A stretch of DNA of 63,954 nt, counting the filler, from Dugesia japonica (lineage: Eukaryota): assembly GCA_001938525.1 (NCBI GenBank). It is 6 parts of 6 records of this genome, joined end to end, with 100 filler letters (N's around TTAATTAATTAA, not from the genome) between each part and the next. Parts side by side here need not be neighbours in the genome. Positions count along the whole stretch, not along the records: positions 41,214 to 55,573 come from MQRL01645894.1; 5 more parts are not named here. The stretch is one strand, 5' to 3'. Shown piece after piece: positions 41,480 to 54,416 of the stretch. The position numbers and the translations under genes are program-made. The notes below the pieces were generated by a model. It was not told where the DNA came from and searched no databases. It saw nothing but the letters and a program-made list of their open reading frames with translations. The number at the start of each line of letters is the position of its first letter. Position 1 is the first letter of the stretch.

Positions 41480-43445
41480 TTCTAGGAAAATTTATCTATA
41501 ATTTCTTTGTGATCTAGTTTCTCCAGGACATCCGATTATATTGATACAATACTAAGATTATTTAATTTACATTGTCCTAAATATGATCTTAAATTTTTTT
41601 TTATTCGCTTTCCCCATTACAATTTGTTCAGTTGATACTTAATTATATTCGTACAGCTGTTTTTTTATTGGGAAACGTTCATTCAACTTGCGATTCAATT
41701 ATTGTTTTTAAATTATGCTCAGATTTAGATAATGCTATTAAGTTATCGGATATTAAATTTACATTGTTTAAAATGTAAATATTCTTTGAATAGACCATTT
41801 TCAAGATCATCTGGGTAATCTATTTATAAAATAGTTGCTTTTTCTCGTATCATATTTTCGTTGAAATATTTTAAATTCATTAAAATTCATTTTATTGGCA
41901 AAATCTAATTTCTCTAGTAAATCTATACATCCTAAATAATTGCCATTACTTTTATTACCAATAATTTTATTGCTGTCGGGAAAGCCAATCTTCTCGAGAT
42001 AAAACCTTAATTACTTCAATAATTCGTTCTTAAATAATTTTCCAATAATTTTTAATTTTAGTATTTTCCATTATGCAAACATTTTGAAATAGTCTCATTG
42101 ACCATTTACTCGATTTATATTTATATATATTTGGGTATTATATTTTAGTGTTTGCACACTAATTCCATGTTGTTAAAGGAACTGTAGACTACTTCTTTTA
42201 TCATGATATACATGCGGGTGTAAGGTATCCGGTTTTGAACCGGACAGTCCGTTAATTCAACTGCTTGTCCGGTGGGAAAAATAGAAGGACTGGATATACA
42301 TTTGTCGGATATTCCTTCCGACGGTTCAAAAACTTTTAAATTTGAATGTTTTTACCTTGGTAGACTATGGAAAATTCTATTTTATAAAAATTATAGTTTA
42401 ATATGTAAAACATTTAAGTATTATTTAAATGGAGAGACTTGAAGAAACATCTTCTCTTGAAAAGTGGAACTATTTCTTTCAAAAAAAAGCCTGCACGAAA
42501 TTTATTAAAAATAGCTCCGTTGGCCTTTTCGATTCCAGTTTTGAATTTAGCGTAATGGACAATCTATGGACCAACGAACGTAATCGAATGTCGTTGAATT
42601 TAGTTAAAAGCAAACTTTGTATCTTCTTTAATATTCCTGATACATGCCAAAATGTAAGAGAAATATTTTCTAAAAATAAAAAACTGCTGAAAGCTACTTC
42701 CCAAAATGAAAAATAAAAAAAACAAAAAACACAGTTTTATTTTAAAATTTTGTCCGATATTTTTTACGGTTTACCTGGTAACCCTAGACATACAGCGGGT
42801 AATTGCAACAAATTAATCTATTCATCAATTTATTAATAATAAGAATAAAAAATAATTCAGAAAAAATAATTAAAAATAATTTGGGTGAATTAAAAGACCT
42901 ATGTTTCAAATAATTTGAAAGGATAAGAAAACACTTTTAAAACTGATTGCGAATATAAAAGCCAGCTTCGTTTTTCTCTTTTTTCACTCAATAGAATTCT
43001 TTAAAATATTGACGTAGTAGTAAATCTTTCTTGCATTTTATGTAATTTTTAATGAACTGAAATCTAGTTTGTGAATATCCACTTGAATTTCTGTTATATT
43101 GTTTCTAATAAGATTTATTTCGTCATCTTTTAACTCCCACCATTTTGCGGCATCACGATTGTCAAAATTATCATTTGCAATCACAAGTTTTCAACAGTTT
43201 CTAATCCTTTAAACGCATTCAAATCCAGTTAAAATAGTTCTAAATGCTGTGGAATTGCTTCAATTTAGTGTATTTCCAATGCAACAAGTTCCGTATCTTT
43301 ATTTATATTCACATCATACGATTCGTCAGTTGAATTATTTTTTTTTGAAAAGTGAATTTTTGTCAATAATAAATTTTCTTTAGCTTATTTTTCTTCAGCT
43401 AACTTTCAATTTTCATACCCAGACATCTTTTTCCTTTCATTCATT
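41480..43445 (-). mobile_element. ZMYM1-like hAT transposase remnant
   Basis: RKKMSGYE start, TTF-zinc-finger-like KRSWLLYSQS..KVF, and ERIIEVIKVLS...GNKSNGNYLGCIDLL (DUF4371-like). Interrupted by a nested element. Confidence 0.8.
42213..42786 (+). mobile_element. Nested non-autonomous hAT derivative carrying a hATC dimerisation fragment
   Basis: Right TIR CTGGTAACCCTA, subterminal CCGGAC/GTCCG repeats, 8-bp TSD GATATACA (42205-42212)/GACATACA (42787-42794), and FSVMDNLWTNERNRMSL. Confidence 0.85.
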
Positions 43446-44066
43446 TTTACGGATTCGTTTTTACGGTAATATCTATGAATAAATATCAATTAATTCATTT
43501 TGTTTAATAATACACTTTACGGAATAGTAAAATAGTTTTCATTTACAATAAAACAGTTTTAATACTATATTTTTACGTCAATATTTTAAAATCATTATAT
43601 TCTTGCAATATATAAAAAACTCACAAACAAAACTGATTCGTGAAATAAATAAAATTCCATCGCTTTCCATGTTTTTACATTTTGTTCGCTTTCAGTTTAT
43701 TTATGATAAAATTGCCATTTATTGCAAAAAATAATTTTCATTTAGAAACTTTAAAAAAAGCTTTAGACTCTATGAATAACTTAGCATAGGAATAGATGCT
43801 TAATCAAAATCTTAAAAAAATAATGAGGGAAGGCTCGGCAAATAATTTCTTGTTTTCTGAAGATTTTCAGTATTTAACATTGCAATTGGAATCGTATAAC
43901 AAATAATAAATGCAAACTGTTTAACTAAATCTATCTCTTTCTAAATTATGTGAGATTAATCATATTAAATATATTTTTGATAAATAATACCATGGTCTTA
44001 TTCATGGAAATTCTATTTTTAATGCCCGTTTTCCGTCTTATTTACGGAAACCTCCGGTAATATATA

Positions 44067-45120
44067 TGTTGGGGTGAAACACCCAGTTAAAAAGAAAACA
44101 AAGCCAGGGACCCAAATCATGAAACATCAAAGACGGGGGTGGAAAGAAAATTAAATAAACGCAGAGGAAGAATATAATAAACATCAATAAAAGAATTCGA
44201 AAGGAAAAGCCTTTACAAATAATCAATAAGGCTAAAATATAACGAAAGTAATCAAGCAGAGAACGAAAATGGAAATGAAGATCTTGAGTGAACAAAATTC
44301 AACCCGCAACCATGCCAGTAATTAAAGAAAATTATCAAATTAATAATAAAAGACAAAAAAATAATTATTGAAAAATAATTATTTATCACAAAAATATTAA
44401 TTAATTTGGACAAAAAAAATAAATTGAAATTGAACGAAAATTAGTTTTTAATGATTATCTCTGCCTAGTAAAAGCACAGCAACGCATAGAAAGAAAATCT
44501 GAGAAGAAAAAATGACGGAGCATCAAGATTATGCCAGTGGAAAATTACACCATCATCAGGAAGGTCTATACAAGGGTTTAAAGATTGAGCCAATAAGACA
44601 CCAGAAAAGAAAGATAAAACAAAGAACAGAAAATCACATGGAGATTTTAAAATAGTGGCCAATAAGAGTTCTAAAACTCTATGAAAACTTTGGAAATTAG
44701 GACCAGAACCAATGGAAAATAAGAAATTTGAACTAAAAATGGCAATCCAATGGCAATGATGCNNNNNNNNNNNNNNNNNNCCTATAAAACCCCCTTGATA
44801 TTAATTAAAAACCACACAAAACAAAACTAACAAAAAACACATTGTTTCTAATAATTGAGAATCTAGAACTCAACACCAACCTATCTCGTATTGCAATTAA
44901 GGAGAAATTTTACTTAATGCTAAGAGAAAATTTTGAGAAATCGTTTCAGTAAGCGCAGTGAAAAGGTATTATTTTAAAACACAATCATTCAAAGAATTAC
45001 CGTAATTGTTAAAACAGTAGTAACAGGACCGTTAAAAGGAAAATAAAACATGAGGATACCCAAGGAAGAATCAATAATTCCCCGTTGCGACAGGAAAATT
45101 TATCAAATAGTAAGCATATG
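44067..45120. mobile_element. Probable LTR remnant starting TGTTGGGGTGAAACACCCA
   Basis: Same 5' end as at 2053 and preceded by TATATA. The right end is uncertain. Confidence 0.4.
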
Positions 45121-46445
45121 TTATTTTAAATATTGTATTGTAGTAAACATGTTTAAATTTATTCAATAATAAAAGTACAACAATAATCTTTTATTTGCTT
45201 ATTTTTCTCTATGTTAAAATATTGTTTTACCGTTAATAATAATAGACGTGACAGTAGCCCGACATACAGTAATTTGAACTTACATTGATTTTTGTTTTGT
45301 GTCAGCAATAGTAACGAGGTCATTTCCAGTAGCTTAATGATTGTCAAACAGATGAACAGGCCATGTAGTATCGCAATAGCCACACACATACCTCTTAGCG
45401 AGAAAAATGAATTGCATAATTTAATCATCTAGTCTATACTACCCACAGTAAGATGCTCTGTATAAAAATTTGGTGGTGATGATATTTCTACATTTTATTC
45501 CAATCTCCAGTATCTGGACAATTTATATAAATGCTTTCAGGAACCCAGATCAGGTATTTATCTTGTCTAAGTGATAATTGATAGTTGAGCAGAACAGAAC
45601 ATAAATCGTGTTGCACTTAACACTATGATTAGCCACACAGTAAACACATCCGGTTATTCGCAACTTTGACACACAGTCTACTTACTCATCGGTTAAACTA
45701 AAACGACACACACGCACCACGGCAGAGGGAAAATGGAACACACCACGCCAGCTGGCAGGTAGGGCTTTATAAGCGTAAATAAATAGACGAACTTCAGATA
45801 TTAACATTATGGATAATATATTTAGCAAGTCTTGTCTAATAATAGCCAATCATTGCGATTGCCAGTGACAATTATCAACGCATAAAATCCTATTCCGTAT
45901 TAATTATTCACGATCATCCTCATTGTTATGATTATAAGTCATATTATTTTCCTATTATTTTTATTATTATCGGTATAATTATTATCATTATTATTAATTT
46001 TAATAAATTTGTTAATATTATTATTAAAATGCCCTTATCGTTATTAATATTGTTTTAGTCATTACCATTATGATTACTGTTGACCCGACGATTACTGGTC
46101 TTAATTGCGTCACTATAAATTTATTATTAGATACAATAGTCGGGGAATTATCGATGTTAAAATCATCCACAATGTTTTATAATACTGGATAGATTATTAA
46201 GAACAATTTACTTATGTGGCCTGGTAATAGTCGTGGATTTAAGATTTGCTATTAACAATTGAATCAATTTTGAGAAATCAGCTATTTCAAAAAAAAACTA
46301 AAGGTGATAATGCATTACCATGTTGCGAGTGTCGCCATTAGGAAAGGGGCCCTTAGTATTTTCATAATTCACTAGAATTTCTATCTTCGCTTAATTCTTA
46401 ATCATAATAATAGTTACCACCATTGTCTATTAATTTTCTAGAGCA

Positions 46446-49400
46446 ATGCCAATCGAGTTAATTCACGCTTTAAGAGTAATACGCATGCAAAGAAAAACTG
46501 CCAGGTTGAAGCAATTAATTGCACATATCCTTTTACCGAAACAGATTGAACACCCCAACGAAACCGACTTATGTTGTTTTGCCGAGATGTTCCCCCTAGA
46601 ATACCCAGTTGACTTGGATGAAGAGGAATACCGCTTGATGATTCCTCACTCAATTTAAAATTAATTTTGTGTAGACAATGTTGATTTCGGATTATTTCTT
46701 TTTGTTCTAGTTCATTTTAATAATAAAGGTTATTTAATTTAGTTAGTACATTCACCTATAAATCATTTTTCTCAAAAAAAAATTACCTTCTATTTTACAT
46801 TGTGTAATGAATTTATCGATAGGAATGGAATATGTGTGGGAAACACTCTATTATAGGTGCTCAGATAAAATAATCTTTCGAAGGCACTAGAATCCCCACA
46901 ACCGCAACGCTGGCGTGTTAGAAGACTACTCAAATTTATCCTCGGAAGATGCTGAAAACGAGCGTCAATGGGACGCATCCGAACGACAGGCCTTCTATCA
47001 ATGGAACGGTCCTGATCGTAACCGAGAGGTACTCCACCGTACTACAATCGTAAACCATGCGACTCTTCAGACAACCAGTGTAAGGCAGGACAGTCCTTCG
47101 GTCATACCTGTGTCCGCCGCTCATCTACCACCTCTCAATAGGTTGTGCGCATCCGTAAGTAGTACTTTGTGGGAGCTGCGAAATCAGGCAGATGGTTTTT
47201 GTCTCTGAGAACAATAACAACCACGACATGAGTGAACCTTAGATTCCTCATTGGTTCAATTTTTGTTTATCTTTTGTTATGTAATGAAATATATTCTCGC
47301 GTCTAGCCATGTTTACCATATTGTAATCTAGAGTTTAGTCACTGCTTAGTCTATATGTGTTTACATATATTTTTTTTGAGTTGAGCATTCTAAACCTATC
47401 AGGTCTATATTACAACTAGATTAACTGTGATTATTTTTCAATGCACTCCTCATTAAACCGACCACCTATTCCCACGAAAAAAAGCACGTAAGACCAGTGA
47501 GGACCAAGAGATGACTTGAGACCTCTACCGCCTCGCCAAGTGGCGTTGGGAGGCAGATACCACCTCAGCAGAGGCTAAAGTAAAACAGTATAAGTCGAAA
47601 TGCATCGCATTTCGTAAAGAGGTCGAGGCCTTCCATGCCCAAGAGATAATATGGAAAGGACAAGTCGATTCACTCGTAGATGTTATCCGGTCCCACCACG
47701 AACGAGAAAATAAACTGGTCGGTGATATCTTACTTCTTAAGGAAATAATGCCTATTGAGCTCCTTATGGTTGACAAGAGTACCCAAACTACGCGAACATG
47801 ACGTTTATGTTTTGCTAATAAATTTTTTCTACGTGTTGTTGACTTGTTTTTGGCCATCCACTCCGGTGATTTTAATAATAAATCTTTGCTGGTTTAACGC
47901 TGTGACTAAGGAAATTTAATTGTTTATTTATCTTGATCTTTATTCGTTTCAGTGCCACGCATTCAATTACATCAAAGTTTAAGACGATGCTAACGTTTTT
48001 TTCAGAAATTGCTGCTCGAGAGGTATATTAAATGACAAATCGAGCGTGCTTTACTCCATCACTAATCACAACAGAAAAGGCTTATAAAGAAATTGGATTT
48101 AATCGTGAAAAAACAAAATGACTTAGCCGAACAGAAAAAGCAGCTTCTGCAACACAAGGTCGAATTTTTGAAGCGTTACATCGCTAACCTGTCTAGACAG
48201 ATAGATAAAGAGGCGTGGATTCGTTGGAATGACAACGATGACGAAGCAGCCTTTAATTTTTCAGATGAGGATCCGCCCGAGTGATTAGACTCGGGTACTA
48301 TGGATCTAATGTAAAACTTAAAATAAATTTTAGTGTTAAATCTTTATTAATTATTATAAGCTAAATTGTAACAATGGAAACAAATGATCCCAAACCAAAG
48401 GTGTACGAGTGTGAACCTCAAATAGACGTTGGAGGTCAACCGCTCTGCACTGAATATCTAAAACGGGGACTTTATATTTAAATTCTTTTCCCAGGTCAGT
48501 GCTCTTCTCATCACCAGTTCAGGTGGAACCCAAACATATAAATGAAAATGTATGAATAATTAATAAATTCGTTTTTGTCAAAAAAATATTTTATTTAAAA
48601 AATTTTTTTAGCAAGAAAAGATCAAAGTTGCTTATCTTTTATTTTCAATATTTCGGCAAAGTCTTCTAATTTTGAAGTTTTAAAAAAATTTTAAAAATAG
48701 ATTTGTTGGGTTGAAGCCGTCATTAATTAAAAAAGGAATCCGGTGTATAATTGGTGAAATTCAATAAACAATTGAGAAGGATTAAAAAATTATTAATAAA
48801 AAAGAAATAAATAAATGAAGGAAATAATGAAAATAAATTATTAAAGTTTCTGTTTCAATTATATCTTTTCCATTTATTTATTATTCTCTTAATTTGTTAT
48901 TATATTTCTCGTATTTATTCTTTATTTAATTTCAACTTTTTTATTCTTCGGAATATTCGTTTAAATTTTCATTACTTAATATTTATCATCTATTTCTTTT
49001 CCATTTAGTCTACTCCGTATAATTCTTTCAATAACATTCTTTTAATTGGTAAATTATTTTTTCTAGTTATTGGTAACATCATTATTTTGATTGTTGTATG
49101 TTTTCAATTTGGTTAACCATTATTTTCCTTTTAATATACCATTTTTATTCATCAAATTGTTTGTTTTAATTCTCAAATTCATTTATTTAGTAAATTCAGC
49201 TTTATATTAATACATGTATTTATTATTTCGAAATCTATGTTTAAAAGTAAATTTCAGTTAACGCCTCATCTTAAATGCATTCAGGGACTAACCCTTCCCG
49301 ACTCGTTTCTGGATAATAGAAATTTAAGTGATTTTTAGTCGCGTAATTCGATTGAGTTAATTAAAAAATACGAGATTGGTAGTTCTCTTCAAGACTAAGA

Positions 49401-50513
49401 TTCGACCTGTAAATAATCAGCAGAAATAATTACGATTTTCGACAATCATTTATTTATCCATAGTTCATTTGTCAACTTCATTCCATATCGTCAGGGTCTC
49501 GTAATTAAGGGATTGTTCTAAGTTATTGTATAAAACACGCCTAATTATTTCTCAACTTTAAAGAAACTCCTTTAAAAAATTATCTACTTCTTAATTTATG
49601 ATATTAATCACAGTCCAATAATCAATCAATTAAATATTCAGTATTCAAATTTATTCATAATTATTATTCGCATAGATGCTGATTATATATTATTTCCAAA
49701 TTAAAATTAAATTTAATTATAAGCTTGCACACGATTATCTATGACCAACGAAAACATTAATCTATTCAAGTCCTTATGAGAATGCTATCATTAACTGGGT
49801 GTTAGTTATCAGAGACTCATTAGATGGATTAACATTTAGTTCGACTCTTAAAATTATATAAGTGAAGTATTAAATTAAAATGAAAATTTAGAAACTTGTT
49901 TATGAAATTATTCGGTTAAAATTAAACATAACAAATCATAATATAATTAAATAACTGAAACTGAATGATATAATTACCTAATTTGAGAAAACTTTACAAA
50001 AATTGTTTTATAATTACAAACATCATTAAAAATAAATTAAAATTAAGAACTTCATCAAAACTTTGAACTGGATAAACAATGTGATAAAAAATTGGCTTAT
50101 TTACAGTCAAATTAATTTAGAAATGTCAAAGTCAATATCATTCAAGAACACAATCCAATCATTGGAAGACTAATATTTCTCAACACCACCCACAAATCAA
50201 TTGCCGATCTTGTTTGATTCAATCAGAACCTATGAAGCCGATCATGATCAGTGGTGGAAAATAAATTACAACTCAAAAATATGCTGATTCGCGAGCAACA
50301 AGAAGAGATTGCGGCCCACAAGAAGCAAGACGAAAAAAATTCGCCATGGAGCTGCAAATCGAGCAGGAAAAATATCGACGATACCAAGCAATATTAGACT
50401 TGTTAAATATGGTCGCTAACCACCTACGGATACCTCCAAAGGTAATCGAGAACGGAATCATTATGAAACTGGATCTACAGACCCATAAAAAATTTGCGGA
50501 GCGACTCCTGTAA
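46446..50513 (+). other. Cluster of short intronless ORFs/ORF remnants of unknown origin (46446-46658, ~46825-47208, 47441-47801, 48032-48284, 50123-50513)
   Basis: GC-richer, CpG-containing islands reading as protein-like coiled-coil or acidic sequence, all on + and separated by AT-rich spacers. Several carry single frameshifts or stops. Confidence 0.5.
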
Positions 50514-51679
50514 AACGAAGGATGGCAGGGTAACGGGAGGAAGTGGTGTAAGTCAGTAATTGTTTTTCTCGAATTTAAATCGATCTTGTCAAGATAAATA
50601 GGCCAAGCAACTTAATTAGAAATGATTCTTAGCATTATTAAAATCCAACATAAAGACTTTCTAAATGCGGGGACGGTCAACATAGTCCCGTGTGAACTAC
50701 TTAGTAGAAGATCGACTCGCGAAGTGTCAAGAAATTTCTGCCGGCTTTGGAGTATTTATCACTAAAAGAAAAAAATCAGTGACCAGGTAATGAACCAAGG
50801 AAATGGTAAATTTAGAAAACATCAAAAAGCCTACAGATTTATTATATTGTTTTGCAGCAATAAACTGAGAAAATGTTCTTTTAATTTTATATTATAATTA
50901 AAATTCAATAAAAACTGATTTTACTCAGCTTTATTTAAAATCTGTCTTTATGTCAAAGTTTGTAATAAGAATTTTCTGAAATAAAAGAACAGAAACTTTG
51001 ATCTTAGCTTTTTAAAAAAAAAATTTTAAATAAAATTTTTTGCTTGTTAAAAACGAATTTATTAAAAAAAATTTTAAAAGGATATGAATAATTAACCAAA
51101 CTGATCTTCTAGAATCTAGAAGAATTTATTATATGTTCTATAGTTGTACTATTTGGCGAAATAAAATTTAAATAAAAAGAAAGAACCAGAGTGCTAATCT
51201 TGCACTAAATTCTATCATACCTGGAAAGTTTATCTAAAGAAGACGATAATAGTATTAGAATTGTAAAAAAGAGACATGTTATTTTCCAAGAAAAAATTGC
51301 TCGTTTTAGATAAAATTTGGGTCAAATATAAAACTATATATAGAAATATTGTCTAAGAGATGCGACAGAAGTGATCATTGATCCTGGGAAATGTTATAAA
51401 AAGTTTAAATATAAGAAAACCACAAAAAAGCTAGGACCAATAGGAAACAAATAAAAGAAACATGAAAAAAAGTGAAAAGGAAAATTATATTTAGATAGTA
51501 AGCTTTACCCAGATAAGAGGACATAGACATGAATGGTTTGAGATATCTACTTTGGCAGAAAGTTAAAGAATGCAGAAAGAGTAAACTATAAAATAATAAA
51601 AAACGAGATAAGAAAAATTCGCTGCGTTGATGGCGAAAAGACGGTATAAATTGTCTAAAAGCAGCTCCATTAAAACCTT

Positions 51680-52665
51680 GTTTTCGGTGTCCACCTTTGA
51701 ATTCAATTTTACACCATCAAGGAAGTTCTGCAGTGAAGGAAATAAATGATAGTCGGACGGTGCAATATCAGGACTATATGGAGGATGCAACAAAACTTCC
51801 CAACAAAGGTCACTCAATTTTTTTGAGTCATCAAAGACACATGTAGCTTTGCGTTGTCATAGTGAAACACAACTCCTTTCCAATTGATCTATTCTGGCCG
51901 TTTTTTTTTCAATTGCCTGCTATACTCTTGTTAATTGCTGATAGTAGAGAATCCCACCAGATGCAGAGCATGACCTTCTTTGGTGTCAATTTCAGATTGC
52001 CACGTTTTGTCCAAGATTGTTTTCAGACATTGTTCTTGTATTTGATCCACTCTTCATCACACGTAATAAGATGTTTCAAAAATGGTTCGATAGAGATTCT
52101 TTTCAGCAATGTTTGGCATATTGAAATTCGGTCTATTACATTTTTCCGTGTTAAATCATGCGGAATCCATACATCCAATATCTTGTTAAAACGAGCTTTC
52201 TCTAAATGGTTTGGTGATGAATACCGAGGTCTTCTGAAATTTCAAGGCTGACTATATGCTTGTCTTCTTCCACATTCTGAATGATTCGATCGACTTTTTG
52301 ACATGTTGGCCGGCAAGAACGAGGTGCGTCTTTGACGTCAAAATTTCTAGAGAGAAATCGATCGAACCATTTACGGACATTTCTACCATAAACCGGACCA
52401 AGTTATTTCGCAGCTTGCGTAGTATTCATGAAATAAAATTTCATGATTTATCGAATTTCTTATTGAATATTTATGTTCATTTCTAAATATAAATAAATTT
52501 TTATTTATTAATAAAATGCCTTACTTCTTTAAGCAATTTTAATGGTGTGATTATTAAATTTATATAATTGAAATATTTAAACAAATAGAATATCAATAAA
52601 AATATCTGTAGACGTTTTTTGCCGCCTATTCACAAAATCGGCGGAAACTTTTTAGACAACCTAAT
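51680..52665 (-). mobile_element. mariner element, 3'-truncated
   Basis: TIR-like TATTAGGTTGTCTAAAAAGTTTCCGCCG at the right end; ITCDEEWIKY, LCIWWD, YDNAKLH and WEVLLHPPYSPDIAPSDYHLF. Confidence 0.95.
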
Positions 52666-53224
52666 ATATAAAGTATTTGTTTACATTTAATATACGTTAT
52701 GTTTTTACCGCAAAGTTATAAAATATAATATAAATACGGTAACCAGACAACTTCTACCTGAAATTACTTTTTAAGTTTGCAATAAAAATTTGAATCAGAG
52801 GCTGAATCAAGGATGTCACATTAGACGGTAAATATAAAATTATAGAGATAAAGATATTATAGTCTGATAGAGATATTATTTTTTCAATCAATATTAGTGC
52901 ATTCATTTTGATTGATATAAATCAGTCAATAAATAGTTGATAACAACAATTGTACCGTTTATAATATATTAAGTCTTACAGTTTTCGAAAAACACATTTA
53001 AAAGCTGAGTTAAAATGTATTTAAATGTTTACCAGATAGACCGAATTCTGGCTAATCAGAATCCAAGAAGACCTAATGTGATACTTATGATAAATAAAGT
53101 GTCGATAAATTGCGATGCGCCAACGAGACTTGAGATTTAAAGTTTGCAACTTGAATAATTAATACGAGTAAAAATTGACTTCAATCTTTTGCTTAGAAGA
53201 TCGAAAATAAGCTTGCAAATTTGA

Positions 53225-53500
53225 TATAATTTCCCCCCTTTAGAAAACTATTCAGATGTTGAACATGATCCTTGACGAGAAATATTTGTGATCTGACCAA
53301 TAATTGTTCACTACCAAATAGGATTTGGAGCGATGTATTTTTAGGATTTCAATTACCTTAATTAAATTGCTGATTGGCTGGATATATAGACATTTTAGTT
53401 GAAATTCCTTTACTATATTTACTCCTGAAGGCAGCACCAAACTTAAGTTTTTAGGCGCCCAGGCAAACTCATATTTTGGAGGCCTCCTTTTCCGTCCCAA
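53225..53500 (-). mobile_element. Possible 3' end of an LTR element (chromodomain-like tail and PPT)
   Basis: KVIEILKIHRSKSYLV...W ends ~10 nt before AAAGGGGGAAA on the minus strand. Confidence 0.35.
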
Positions 53501-54032
53501 ATTCCGTCTAAAAGTTAATATATATAAATTTCAGTAGGGTATTTCTTGTCAGTAGTCACGTAAAGTAAATTTCAACTGAAAACATCAATTTTAGATATTA
53601 TAATATTGAACTATTTTTCAGAAATACAAAAATTTCAGTCATAACTTAACTAATTTGAAAATACTGTTTAATATGTAAAAGTTGGTATCAAGACCAAAAG
53701 AAACTTTTCCTTCTGTCTTTAAGTTACTTGATTTTACAAAAAAGTTCTGACGTCCCGACGGTTACTTCCTCTTAACCAGGCTGTCTGAAAAACGAAAATA
53801 GAAACACTTGATTAAAATTTTGAGGGTGTTTAAGGGAGCACCTAGAGCGACTGAAAACGGGATCTGAAAGAACCAGTAATTAATTTATCATGATCCTCTG
53901 AAACTCTTATATTCGAAATGAAATATAAAAATTACAAAATGAAATTCTTTATTTTGATAATAATTGAAATCTTATAAAATCCTTTTTTTNNNNNNNNNNN
54001 NNNNNNNNNNNNNNNNNNNNNNNNNNNNNNNN

Positions 54033-54416
54033 NGTAGTCGAATCTGGTTTGGATTTAGAACACTTAATCAATAAATTTTCATAACCCAATCGAATACAAA
54101 AAATTAATAAAAATTGTATAGAGTACTGTATAATTAGAGCACCAAAACCTTTATATAAACCACCGGAGCCTTCTCCTCTCTCAGCTTCATTCAAAATTGT
54201 ATTAAGTGCGTGTCTTGTCCCATAATAGGCTGTTGTGATCGGAACCATTTCATATGGATGGTCCATATTATCAATTAAGACTCTTGTACCTTGAATACAT
54301 AATCGATTAACGATAACCTCCATCGGAAATAAGATGACATCAGCTGTAAAAGCTCCCATGATGGCACTGAATAACTCGCAATAATGTTTATAATATACAT
54401 CGTCTAATTGAGTGTT
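54033..54416 (-). CDS. SLC25A46: SLC25A46 (mitochondrial carrier-like protein), last coding exon; stop codon in or after the N gap
   Basis: CAG acceptor at 54417-54419. DVILFPMEVIVNRLCIQGTRVLIDNMD..YEMVPITTAYYG...GLYKGFGALIIQY matches the SLC25A46 C-terminal signature (LHIQGTRTIIDN...FYKGFGAVIIQY). Confidence 0.93.

Noticed and set aside
47525-47857. Minus-strand 110-aa ORF (also 46438-46653 and 50273-50461)
   Set aside because: More plausibly antisense to the + strand coiled-coil/acidic frames, though this is not proven.
51862-52486. Plus-strand ORFs of 129 and 76 aa
   Set aside because: Antisense shadows of the mariner transposase.
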